A DNA stretch of 61,073 bases from positions 1 through 61,073 of the forward strand of contig CAZHRW010000169.1 of NCBI GenBank assembly GCA_964535025.1, written 5' to 3'. The number at the start of each line of letters is the position of its first letter. The stretch's first letter is position 1. Below the pieces are notes generated by a model. That model was not told the origin of the DNA, searched no databases, and saw only the letters and a list, made by a program, of their open reading frames with translations. Below are positions 28,041-36,302 of this stretch, in pieces. Both the position numbers and the translations under genes were made by a program. The stretch comes from an uncultured Planctomycetales bacterium (lineage in GTDB: Bacteria; Planctomycetota; Phycisphaerae; SM23-33; FEN-1343).

Positions 28041-28715
28041 TCAGTTCCGCGGCGTCCCCCCGGAGCCGATCCGATGCTCCTCGCCCCGCAGGAGGCGGGC
28101 GATGTTGGTCCGGTGGCGATAGATGACCAGGGCGGCCATGACGGTCGCGAAAATCAGCAGCGGCAGAACCTCGCCGAGCGGGCGGTCGGCCCGCAGGCAG
28201 TCCAGGACGAACAGGACGGGAAACGACGCGGCGGCGACGATCGAGCCGAGCGAGACGTAACGCGACAGGCCCGTTACGACAATCCACACGGCGAAGGCCG
28301 CCAGGCCGGGCAGGGTAAAATAGGGCCAGACGCCAAGCAGCACGCCCAGCGAGGTCGCCACGCCCTTGCCGCCGCGGAAACGCAGGTAGAACGAAAACAC
28401 GTGGCCGGCGATCGCCCCGAAGGCCACGGCCAGCCACGCCAGTTGCTCACCCGTGGTCAGCCCGCCGCGCCGCAGCAGCCACCCGGCAGCCAGGACGGGC
28501 ACGAACCCCTTGGCCACATCGAGGGCGAAGCACAGCACGCCCCATCGCCGCCCCAGGACGCGGGCGACGTTGGTGGCCCCGACGTTCCCGCTGCCGCAGG
28601 CGCGGAGGTCTACGCCCCGGGCGCGGGCGAGGATCACGCCGAACGGCGTCGAGCCGATCACGTACGCGGCCAAGGCTCCGGCACCGTAGATGAGCCAGTG
28701 TTGGGCAATGATCAC
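28041..28715 (-). CDS. plsY: glycerol-3-phosphate acyltransferase PlsY
   Basis: GSGNVGATNV and FRGGKGVATSLG motifs in a multi-TM protein of 224 aa. GTG start. Confidence 0.93.
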   Translation of the reverse strand: MIIAQHWLIYGAGALAAYVIGSTPFGVILARARGVDLRACGSGNVGATNVARVLGRRWGVLCFALDVAKGFVPVLAAGWLLRRGGLTTGEQLAWLAVAFGAIAGHVFSFYLRFRGGKGVATSLGVLLGVWPYFTLPGLAAFAVWIVVTGLSRYVSLGSIVAAASFPVLFVLDCLRADRPLGEVLPLLIFATVMAALVIYRHRTNIARLLRGEEHRIGSGGTPRN

Positions 28716-28793
28716 CGCATGACCTCACGATCCGCCGCACTCGCGGCGTGACGAGCATACCGTATTGGCCGGGCGGGGGCCAGAGGGGACCGG

Positions 28794-28847
28794 ATGGACA
28801 GGATGGACGAGCGAGCGCCGGCCTTCCATCGGGTCCATCCTGTGTCC
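28794..28847. repeat. ATGGAC direct repeat (ATGGACAGGATGGAC) plus its inverted partner (GTCCATCCTGTGTCC)
   Basis: Positions 28794-28808 and 28834-28847. The pair ends 9 nt upstream of the candidate -35 at 28856. Confidence 0.65.
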
Positions 28848-28855
28848 AGCGACGG

Positions 28856-28885
28856 TTGCACGGTCCGCGTCGCGTCGCGTAGAAT
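28856..28885 (+). promoter_or_regulatory. candidate promoter of the LPS kinase-GT4-pyruvyl transferase operon
   Basis: TTGCAC (28856-28861), 18 nt, TAGAAT (28880-28885). This supports ATG 28953 as the start rather than 28794. Confidence 0.45.
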
Positions 28886-28952
28886 GCCCGCTTTGCCCGG
28901 ACTCGGCGCGACGGCGGCGACGAGAGGGCTTGCGTGCAGTGAGGACGTCCGG

Positions 28953-29792
28953 ATGCGAACCGTCGGTCAGTTCAGTGAGGCGCTGCTGGAGGCGATCCGG
29001 CGGGCGGGGCTCGACACCGTCGCCGGGGCGTTCGCCTACGACAGCGGCAGCGATATGACCGTGCCGTGGCTGGGCCACCGCGAGCGGCGGCGGGTGGCGC
29101 TGACCGACGCGGACGGGTGCAACCACGTATTGTTCATGAAGCGTTACGGCCGCGAGCCGCTGACGTGGCGGCTGCAGCGCTGGGCGACCTACGGCCGTTC
29201 GGGCTCCCCGGCGGAGGTCGAGCTGGCCAACATCCGGTCACTGCATGACGCGGGGATCGCCACCATCGCCCGCGCCGTCGGCGGGTCCGAACCCGGACGG
29301 CTGGGGCCGCGACGAAGCTACATCCTCATGGCCGCCGTACCCGGCGAAGCGCTCGAGCAGTCATTCGAGCCGTTCCTCGACACCCACGGGCTCGACAGCG
29401 AGCCGGTCCGCCGCCTGACCGGCGCCTTGGCCGACCTGGTCCGCCGGTTCCATCGCGCGGGGTTCGTCCACCGCGACCTGTACACGTCGCACCTCTACCT
29501 CGACGACGCGACGGACGAGCCGTCGCTGCATATGATTGATGTGGCGCGGGTATTCACGCCCCACCAGCGGCGGTTTCGCTGGCAGGTCAAGGATCTGGCC
29601 CAGTTGAAGTATTCCGCCCCGCGCGCATGGATCGATGCGTATTGGGATACCTTCATGACCGGCTACCTGGCCGGTCTCGATCGCCGTCGCGGTCGCTACG
29701 AGCGGGCGGTCGGCGTCAAGGCGGACCGGATCGCCCACCACGACAAACACCTGCGGCACCGGCGGGGCCTGGAGAGCATCGAATCATCATGA
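28953..29792 (+). CDS. lipopolysaccharide kinase (Kdo/WaaP/InaA) family protein
   Basis: FMKRYG (Lys), FHRAGFVHRDLYTSHLYL catalytic loop, IDVARV. The start is uncertain; the ORF opens at 28794. Confidence 0.75.
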   Translation: MRTVGQFSEALLEAIRRAGLDTVAGAFAYDSGSDMTVPWLGHRERRRVALTDADGCNHVLFMKRYGREPLTWRLQRWATYGRSGSPAEVELANIRSLHDAGIATIARAVGGSEPGRLGPRRSYILMAAVPGEALEQSFEPFLDTHGLDSEPVRRLTGALADLVRRFHRAGFVHRDLYTSHLYLDDATDEPSLHMIDVARVFTPHQRRFRWQVKDLAQLKYSAPRAWIDAYWDTFMTGYLAGLDRRRGRYERAVGVKADRIAHHDKHLRHRRGLESIESS

Positions 29793-30952
29793 ACGTCGCC
29801 CTGGTGGTCAAGCAGATGAACGTCCTGTGCGGCGGGCTGGAGATTTACACGGCCCGCCTGGCGACGTCGCTGGCCCAACGCGGCCATACGGTAACCATTC
29901 TCTGCCAGGCGGGCTCCTGGCAGCCGCCGTGCGACGGCATCACGCTGGAGCCGCTGGGGCGCGCCGGCGGCAGGGGCGGCCGACGGCTACGGACATTTGT
30001 CGCCGCTGTCGAACGGGCGGCGGCGAACGGGCGGTTCGACGTCGTCCACGCCATGCTGCCCGTGCCCGGCGCCGATCTGTACCACCCGCACGGCGGCACG
30101 GCCCCCGGCGCGACGGCCGGCTCCCTGCGACGTCGTCCGACCCTGCTGCGCCCTGTCGTTCGACTGGTCAACACCCTCAACACCGGCAGGCGGGCCGGTT
30201 ATCGACTGGAACGCCGAATTGTCACCGAGAACCGGACGCTGTGCCTGTGCGTCAGCGAGCGGGTCGCCGAGGAGTTCCGCCGCCACTATGACCACACCCG
30301 CACCCGGGTGGTCTTCAACAGCGTCCCGTCGCCCCCGCCGCACGAGGTGCGCCTCGCGTCGCGGCAACGGCTCCGCGGCGAACTGGGCATCGGGCCCGAG
30401 GCGCTGGTCCTGATCACAGCGGCCATGAATTTCGAGTTGAAGGGCGTTACCGAGGAAATCAAGGCGTTCGCCCGCTGGACCCGCAGTCGCGACGCCGTCG
30501 AGGCCCACCTGGTCCTGGTCGGACGCGAGCACGTGGACCGTTACCGCCGCCTGGCCCGCCGGCACGGCGTCGAGGCGGTGACGCACTTCATCGCTCCCAC
30601 GGAGGACATCTACGCCTGGTACGCCGCGGCCGACGCGGCGGTCCTGCTGACGTGGTATGACACCTGCGGAATGATGGTGCTGGAGGCCGCCCGGTTCGGC
30701 GTGCCGTCGCTGACCACGCGGTTCAGTGGCGCCGCCGGCATCTTCACCGACGGCGGCTGCCTGGTCGTCGACTCGCCCCGCCACACCGACCAGATCATCG
30801 ATGCCCTCAACACGCTGGCCGACCCCGACGAACGCCGCCGCCACGGGGAGGCCTGCCGTCGGCTGGATGCGTACCTGACCATGGACCGCCACGTCGAGGA
30901 ACTGATGAACATCTACTCGGTGGTTTCAAGACACCAAGGCAACTCAGATTGA
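29789..30952 (+). CDS. glycosyltransferase family 4 (GT-B, RfaG/WaaG-like)
   Basis: MNVALVVKQMNVLCGGLEIYTARLATSLAQRGHTV N-terminus, and the EX7E-type region CGMMVLEAARFGVPSLTT. ATGA overlap with the kinase gene. Confidence 0.85.
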   Translation: MNVALVVKQMNVLCGGLEIYTARLATSLAQRGHTVTILCQAGSWQPPCDGITLEPLGRAGGRGGRRLRTFVAAVERAAANGRFDVVHAMLPVPGADLYHPHGGTAPGATAGSLRRRPTLLRPVVRLVNTLNTGRRAGYRLERRIVTENRTLCLCVSERVAEEFRRHYDHTRTRVVFNSVPSPPPHEVRLASRQRLRGELGIGPEALVLITAAMNFELKGVTEEIKAFARWTRSRDAVEAHLVLVGREHVDRYRRLARRHGVEAVTHFIAPTEDIYAWYAAADAAVLLTWYDTCGMMVLEAARFGVPSLTTRFSGAAGIFTDGGCLVVDSPRHTDQIIDALNTLADPDERRRHGEACRRLDAYLTMDRHVEELMNIYSVVSRHQGNSD

Positions 30953-30998
30953 CGATGTGTCCCACGACTGGCCGACGGCCGATGGCGTCGAGCGAGCG

Positions 30999-31811
30999 AT
31001 GAAACCACTCAAATTGTATTGGTCACGATCGAAGCCAAACTTCGGCGACGCGATGTCGCCGATCCTCGTCGAACGCCTCGCCGGCCGTCCGGTCGTCTAC
31101 GCCGACCGGCGGCACTGCGACCTGGTCGCCATGGGGAGCCTGCTGGACCGGTTCCGCAGGCGCCTGTTCCCTCCGAACATCCACGTGTGGGGAACAGGCT
31201 TCATCGAGCCGACCCGTCGACGGCCAGGCGGGTTCCACTACCACCCCGTGCGCGGCCGCCACAGCGCCGCGCTGGTCACTTCGCCCGGGTTGGATGTCTA
31301 CGGCGATCCAGGCCTGCTGGCGGACCTGCTGTGGCCCAGGGCCGTCGCGACGGCCCCCTCGGCCGCCCTGGGAATCGTGCCGCACTACGAGGACCGGGCC
31401 GATCCGAAGGTCGCGATGATCGCCGACCGGTTCCGCCACGCCGTCATCATCGATGTGTTCGGCGCCGTCGAAGACGTCGTCCGCCGTATCGCCGGCTGCG
31501 ACTGCGTACTCTCCTCGAGCCTGCACGGCCTGGTCGTCGCCGACGCGTTCGGCGTGCCCAACGCCTGGCTCACGCTGTCCGACCGTATCCGCGGCAATGG
31601 CTTCAAGTTCCGTGACTATTACAGCATCTACGGCCTGGACGCCGACCTCTCGCCCCTCACCGCTGAGCAGATCGACCCGCAGGCCGTCCGGGAGATCATC
31701 GACCGCTACGACCGACCGGGGATCGGCGAGATCAAGCGCAGACTGATCGACGCGTTTCCCTTCCCGACGGGGCGAGAGACGGCACTTACCGGCGATCACC
31801 CGCGTGCGTAG
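30999..31811 (+). CDS. polysaccharide pyruvyl transferase family protein
   Basis: MKPLKLYWSRSKPNFGDAMSP and SSSLHGLVVADAFGVPNAWL motifs. The ORF opens with GTG at 30957. Confidence 0.72.
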   Translation: MKPLKLYWSRSKPNFGDAMSPILVERLAGRPVVYADRRHCDLVAMGSLLDRFRRRLFPPNIHVWGTGFIEPTRRRPGGFHYHPVRGRHSAALVTSPGLDVYGDPGLLADLLWPRAVATAPSAALGIVPHYEDRADPKVAMIADRFRHAVIIDVFGAVEDVVRRIAGCDCVLSSSLHGLVVADAFGVPNAWLTLSDRIRGNGFKFRDYYSIYGLDADLSPLTAEQIDPQAVREIIDRYDRPGIGEIKRRLIDAFPFPTGRETALTGDHPRA

Positions 31812-31901
31812 AGCCCCCCCTGCCGCCATTGCACAACGAGCGGACAGTTTCGCAGTGTTTCGGGGGGTTCGGGCGTTGGAATCGAATGGAGTGCTGTCGT
31901 G

Positions 31902-32972
31902 CTAGACCGCCGCTCGTTCCTCCAGCAGATCTTCGGCGGCGGCGAGGACCATCTCGGGGGTGATCTTCCGCATGCACAGGTGGTACGAGGGCCCCGGCGC
32001 CAGCGGGCAGGTCTTCTGCTGGCAGGGGCCGCAGGTGGTCTCGACGCGGACGATCCGCTCGCGGACGAAGGGGATCGCCGTCCAGAACGGATCGGTGGGG
32101 CCGAACAGCGTCACGACTGCGCAATCGAGCGCGGCGGCGATGTGGCGGGGGCCGGTGTCGCCGGTGATCATCAGCGATGCGCGGGCCGTGAGGGCCTTGA
32201 GCAGCCCCAGCGTGTTGTCCCGCTCGGCGAAGTTGATCGCCGGCCGATGGGCCATCGCGTCGGCGACCGCGGCGGCGATGGTCCGCTCGGACGGGCTGGC
32301 GTTGATGATGATCCGCGCGCCGCGGGTGTCGATCAGGGCGTCGGCGACGGCGGCGAAGCGGTCGGGCATCCACAGCTTGCTGGCGCCGAACGAGGCGCCG
32401 GGGTTGATGATGACGATCAGCTCGCCGTCGTGCACACCCGCCTCGCCGAGCAGGGCGTCGGCGGCGGCGCGGTCGCCGGGCTCGACGGCCAGTTCCATCG
32501 ACCGGTCGGACGTATCACCGCCGAGGTACTCGGCGAGGGCGAGGTAATACTCCAGGGCCGGCACGACGGCAAAGCGCCCCCGCTCATCCCGCGGGACGGT
32601 CAGGCGGTCGGTCAACAGCAGGCGACGGCCGTCGCGGTTGTAGCCCACCCGCCGCTTGACGCGGCCCAGACGGCACAGCAGGGCCGTGCGGAAGGCATTC
32701 GACAGCAGCACCGCCAGGTCGAACCGCCGCTGCCGCAGCAGCGCCGCCCCGCGCCGCAACCCCCCCAGGCCACCGCCCTTGGACGGGTCGGTCAGGTGCT
32801 CGTCGGCCCACGGCAGCCCCGCCAGCGTGCCCAGGGCCGCCGGGCCGCCCAGCCAGGCGATCTGAGCCGTCGGGAAGCGGGCGCGGATCGCCCGCAGCGT
32901 GGGCGTCGCCATCACCGCGTCCCCGACCCACGTGGGCAACACCACCACGACGCGCTGTGCGCTGTCGGTCAC
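31902..32972 (-). CDS. glycosyltransferase family 9 (ADP-heptose:LPS heptosyltransferase)
   Basis: VVVLPTWVGDAVMATPTLRAIR, INPGASFGASKLW, and MITGDTGPRHIAAAL motifs. Confidence 0.88.
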   Translation of the reverse strand: MTDSAQRVVVVLPTWVGDAVMATPTLRAIRARFPTAQIAWLGGPAALGTLAGLPWADEHLTDPSKGGGLGGLRRGAALLRQRRFDLAVLLSNAFRTALLCRLGRVKRRVGYNRDGRRLLLTDRLTVPRDERGRFAVVPALEYYLALAEYLGGDTSDRSMELAVEPGDRAAADALLGEAGVHDGELIVIINPGASFGASKLWMPDRFAAVADALIDTRGARIIINASPSERTIAAAVADAMAHRPAINFAERDNTLGLLKALTARASLMITGDTGPRHIAAALDCAVVTLFGPTDPFWTAIPFVRERIVRVETTCGPCQQKTCPLAPGPSYHLCMRKITPEMVLAAAEDLLEERAAV

Positions 32973-33021
32973 GTCTGGGATGGTACCGACACGGGACGGG
33001 CTTGGCTATCGTTTGGGCGGA

Positions 33022-33045
33022 ATGGACAGAATGGACCGGAATGAC
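33022..33045 (+). repeat. ATGGAC-type direct repeats (ATGGACAGAATGGACCGGAATGAC)
   Basis: Two full units and one degenerate unit at 9-10-nt spacing, 50 nt upstream of the heptosyltransferase start on the opposite strand. Confidence 0.6.
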
Positions 33046-33093
33046 GGCCCAGCCCCATCGGCCCCCGGCCTCTTCAGGAGGACGGATGAACCG

Positions 33094-33879
33094 CTACGGC
33101 TGCGCCAGGGCCGCCTCGATGTCGCGGAGGCTCAGCGCGTCGAAATCCGCCGTCCCCATCGCGGCGGCGGCGCGGCTGACGCGGGCGGCCAGGGCGATCC
33201 AGTCGGGCGAGGGGGCCGCGACGGCCATCTGCAGCGGCGCGGCCCAGGCCGCGAGGTCGGCGCGGTCGGTGGCGAGGATCACTAGGGAAGGCAAGGACTT
33301 GCGCGCCACAGGCAGGGCGCCGGTGATCTCGGAACGATCGGCGTCCCAACTGATCACCGGCCCATCGGGCAAGCCGCGCGCCTCGAGCGTGCGGCCGATG
33401 CGGTCGCTGTCGGCGCCGCCTTTGACAATGTAGACGAGCTGCACGCCCGCCTTCCCCAGCGCCCGCAGGGGCCCGGCGGCGGCGTCGGTGACGCAGCGCC
33501 AGTCGACAGCCACGGCGAGCCGTTGGGGATCGAGGACATAAAGATGACCGGTGGCCGTGAACTCGACGCCGCGGGGGTCCTGGTGGCGCAGCGTCAGCGT
33601 GTAGCGGCCAGCCTCGTCGGGCGCCGTCAGGTCGACGGCCGCGCAGCCGTCAGCGTCGGTAAACGCCGCCCGTCGCGGCCCGCCGGCGACCCGGACGGTC
33701 ACGGCGGCGTCCTCGACCGGCGGAGCGAAACGCCAGACCTCCTGGCGGCGGAACTGGGCCGCCACGCGGGCCGTGCCGCCCTCGGCCGCCACAACGTCCG
33801 GCAGCGACGCCAGATACGATCCGCCGCACCCGGCCAGCAGCGGCGTCACCAACGCCGCGAGCATAAGTCTTGCGATCAT
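33094..33879 (-). CDS. hypothetical lipoprotein
   Basis: GGAG RBS and lipobox LLAGCGG. I recognised no catalytic motif. An N-terminal Ig/carboxypeptidase-regulatory-like beta region is plausible. Confidence 0.6.
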   Translation of the reverse strand: MIARLMLAALVTPLLAGCGGSYLASLPDVVAAEGGTARVAAQFRRQEVWRFAPPVEDAAVTVRVAGGPRRAAFTDADGCAAVDLTAPDEAGRYTLTLRHQDPRGVEFTATGHLYVLDPQRLAVAVDWRCVTDAAAGPLRALGKAGVQLVYIVKGGADSDRIGRTLEARGLPDGPVISWDADRSEITGALPVARKSLPSLVILATDRADLAAWAAPLQMAVAAPSPDWIALAARVSRAAAAMGTADFDALSLRDIEAALAQP

Positions 33880-34058
33880 GCGTTACTCCGCGAGGAGGTC
33901 TGAGGATCGAACGGCGAACAGGTCCCAAATCCCAAATCCAAGCCCTAATCCATCGACTCTCGCCAGCCGTTCCGGTAGCATTAGTGTTTTCCGGCGTGCA
34001 AATGTCAACCGATTCGTTTCGGGCCGGCCGGCGGACCGGTCCGCAGGAGCGAGTGCCC

Positions 34059-34805
34059 ATGACCGATGCTTCATTCGTGCGGGAAGACCCCTGGCGGGTG
34101 TTCCGCATCATGGCGGAGTTCGTCGAGGGCTTCGAGGTCATGAGCGAGATCGGCCCGGCGGTGAGCATCTTCGGCTCGGCCCGGACGCCCAAGGGCGCGC
34201 CACTGTACAAGCGGGCCCGCCAACTGGCCCGCATGCTCGCGGCGGAGAACTTCGCCATCATCACCGGCGGCGGCCCGGGCATCATGGAGGCGGCCAACCG
34301 CGGCGCCGCCGATGCCGGCGGCCAGTCGGTGGGGCTGAACATCACCCTGCCGTTCGAGCAGGAGCCCAACCCCTACGCCAATATAGCGATCGATTTCCAT
34401 TACTTCTTCGCCCGCAAGGTGATGTTCCTCAAGTACGCCTGCGGGTTCGTCTGCTTCCCCGGCGGGTTCGGCACCATGGACGAGTTCTTCGAGTCGATGA
34501 CGCTCATCCAGACCGCCAAGGTCCAGCACTTTCCCGTCGTCCTGATCGGCACCGACTACTGGGGCGGCCTGCTGAAATGGATCCGCGGCATGATGCTCGA
34601 CAAGAACGCCTACATCAGCGACAACGACGCCGACCTCTGCACGCTCACCGACGACCTCGACGAAACCGTCGACATCCTCAAAGCCAGTTGGGCCCGCCAG
34701 CAACGCCAAACGGCCATGGGCGAAGTCATCGCCGGCCGTCCCCGCGCCGTCGACCGCACCCGCGCCGCGGGCCGCCACGCCGCCGAGGAAGACCCGGGCG
34801 GGTGA
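34059..34805 (+). CDS. LOG family (TIGR00730) nucleotide 5'-monophosphate nucleosidase
   Basis: GGGPGIMEAANRGA and PGGFGTMDEFFE motifs. AGGAG lies upstream of ATG 34059. Confidence 0.9.
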   Translation: MTDASFVREDPWRVFRIMAEFVEGFEVMSEIGPAVSIFGSARTPKGAPLYKRARQLARMLAAENFAIITGGGPGIMEAANRGAADAGGQSVGLNITLPFEQEPNPYANIAIDFHYFFARKVMFLKYACGFVCFPGGFGTMDEFFESMTLIQTAKVQHFPVVLIGTDYWGGLLKWIRGMMLDKNAYISDNDADLCTLTDDLDETVDILKASWARQQRQTAMGEVIAGRPRAVDRTRAAGRHAAEEDPGG

Positions 34806-34931
34806 AAGCGGCAGACTGAGCGACAACGACGGGGCGTATCGTCCGTTGATTCCCTGCCCCCGTGGGGCTACACTTCGAGTTTCCTGGCCGTGTGCGGACG
34901 AAGCGCGGCCGCAGCGAGACGGAGCATTGCC

Positions 34932-36302
34932 ATGGGTATGACCCTTACGGAAAAGATCCTCGCACGGCATGCCGGGCGCAAGCGCGTGGCGCCGGGGGAG
35001 AATGTCTGGGTGGACGTGGACGTCCTGATGACGCACGACGTGTGCGGACCGGGGACGATCGGCATCTTCGCCGAGCGGTTCGGCGCGGATGCGAAGGTGT
35101 TCGACCCGGAGAAGGTGGTGATCATCCCCGATCACTATATCTTCACCGCCGAGCCGAAGGCCCATCGCAACATCGAGATCCTGCGGGAGTTCGTGAAGGC
35201 CCAGGGCATCCGATCCTACTACGACCCCGACTTCGTCGCCGGGGAGGGGATGCCCGAGCCCTACGCCGACCCCAACAACACGCCCTACAAGGGCGTCTGC
35301 CACGTAGCGCTGCCGGAAGAGGGCCACGTCCGCCCCGGCGAGGTGCTGCTGGGGACCGACAGCCACACGTGCACGCACGGGGCGCTCGGGGCGTTCGCGA
35401 CGGGGATCGGCAATACCGACGCGGGGTTCGTGCTGGGCACCGGCAAGCTGTGGCTGAAGGTGCCGGCGACGATGCGGTTCGTCTTCGACGGCGAGCTGCC
35501 GCCCTACATCATGGGCAAGGACATGATCCTGCACGTCATCGGCGACATCTCGACCGCCGGGGCGACCTACCGGGCGATGGAGTTCGCCGGCGAAGCCGTC
35601 GGCGCGCTGAACATCGACGAGCGGATGACCCTCTGCAACATGGCGATCGAGGCCGGCGGCAAGAACGGGATCATCGCCCCCGACGCCAAGACGCTCGAAT
35701 TTGTCAAGCAGCGCACCGACAAGCCCTTCGAGCCGGTGGTCGGCGACAAGAACGCCACCTATCTCGAAACGCGCACCTACGATGCGAGCAAGCTGGAGCC
35801 CACCGTCGCCCAGCCCCATTCGCCGGACAAGCGGGCGCCGGCGCGGGAGCTGGCGGACGTGAAGCTCGACCGGTCGTACATCGGCTCGTGCACCGGCGGG
35901 AAGGTCACCGACTTCCTTGCCGCAGCGCATGTCCTTAAAGACAGGAAGGTTGCGATCGAAACGTTCATCGTGCCGGCCACGACGCAAGTCGACGCGGCGC
36001 TCGATACGCTGACGGTGGGCGGTCAGTCCCTGCGGTCGATCTTCGCCGCCGCCGGCTGCCGGATCGGCCCGGCGAGTTGTGCGGCGTGCCTGGGCGGGCC
36101 GGCGGACACGTTCGGGCGGGCGAATGCGGCGATCAAGGTGATCTCGACGACCAATCGTAACTTCCCCGGGCGGATGGGCTCGAAGGACGCCGCGATCTTC
36201 CTCGCCTCGCCGCTGACGGCCGCGGCCAGCGCCGTAGCCGGACACGTGGCCGACCCGCGAGACTACTTCGACCGTAAGACCCCCATTGGCACGGGCGATT
36301 GA
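34932..36302 (+). CDS. leuC: 3-isopropylmalate/homoaconitate dehydratase large subunit (aconitase family)
   Basis: MTLTEKILARHAG, DSHTCTHGALGAFATGIG, GSCTGG, and CAACLGG cluster ligands. No small-subunit gene lies adjacent. Confidence 0.85.
   Translation: MGMTLTEKILARHAGRKRVAPGENVWVDVDVLMTHDVCGPGTIGIFAERFGADAKVFDPEKVVIIPDHYIFTAEPKAHRNIEILREFVKAQGIRSYYDPDFVAGEGMPEPYADPNNTPYKGVCHVALPEEGHVRPGEVLLGTDSHTCTHGALGAFATGIGNTDAGFVLGTGKLWLKVPATMRFVFDGELPPYIMGKDMILHVIGDISTAGATYRAMEFAGEAVGALNIDERMTLCNMAIEAGGKNGIIAPDAKTLEFVKQRTDKPFEPVVGDKNATYLETRTYDASKLEPTVAQPHSPDKRAPARELADVKLDRSYIGSCTGGKVTDFLAAAHVLKDRKVAIETFIVPATTQVDAALDTLTVGGQSLRSIFAAAGCRIGPASCAACLGGPADTFGRANAAIKVISTTNRNFPGRMGSKDAAIFLASPLTAAASAVAGHVADPRDYFDRKTPIGTGD

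Noticed and set aside
33924-33951. Telomere-like CCCAAATCCCAAATCCAAGCCCTAATCC stretch in the divergent region between the lipoprotein and LOG genes.
   Set aside because: It has only about 2.5 short imperfect units and no further copies in the window. It is most simply an A/T-containing promoter spacer.
36285-36301. Sigma54-like sequence TTGGCACGGGCGATTGA at the leuC/lnt junction.
   Set aside because: The GG to G(A) spacing is one nt too long, the -12 element reads GA instead of GC, and it lies inside coding sequence.
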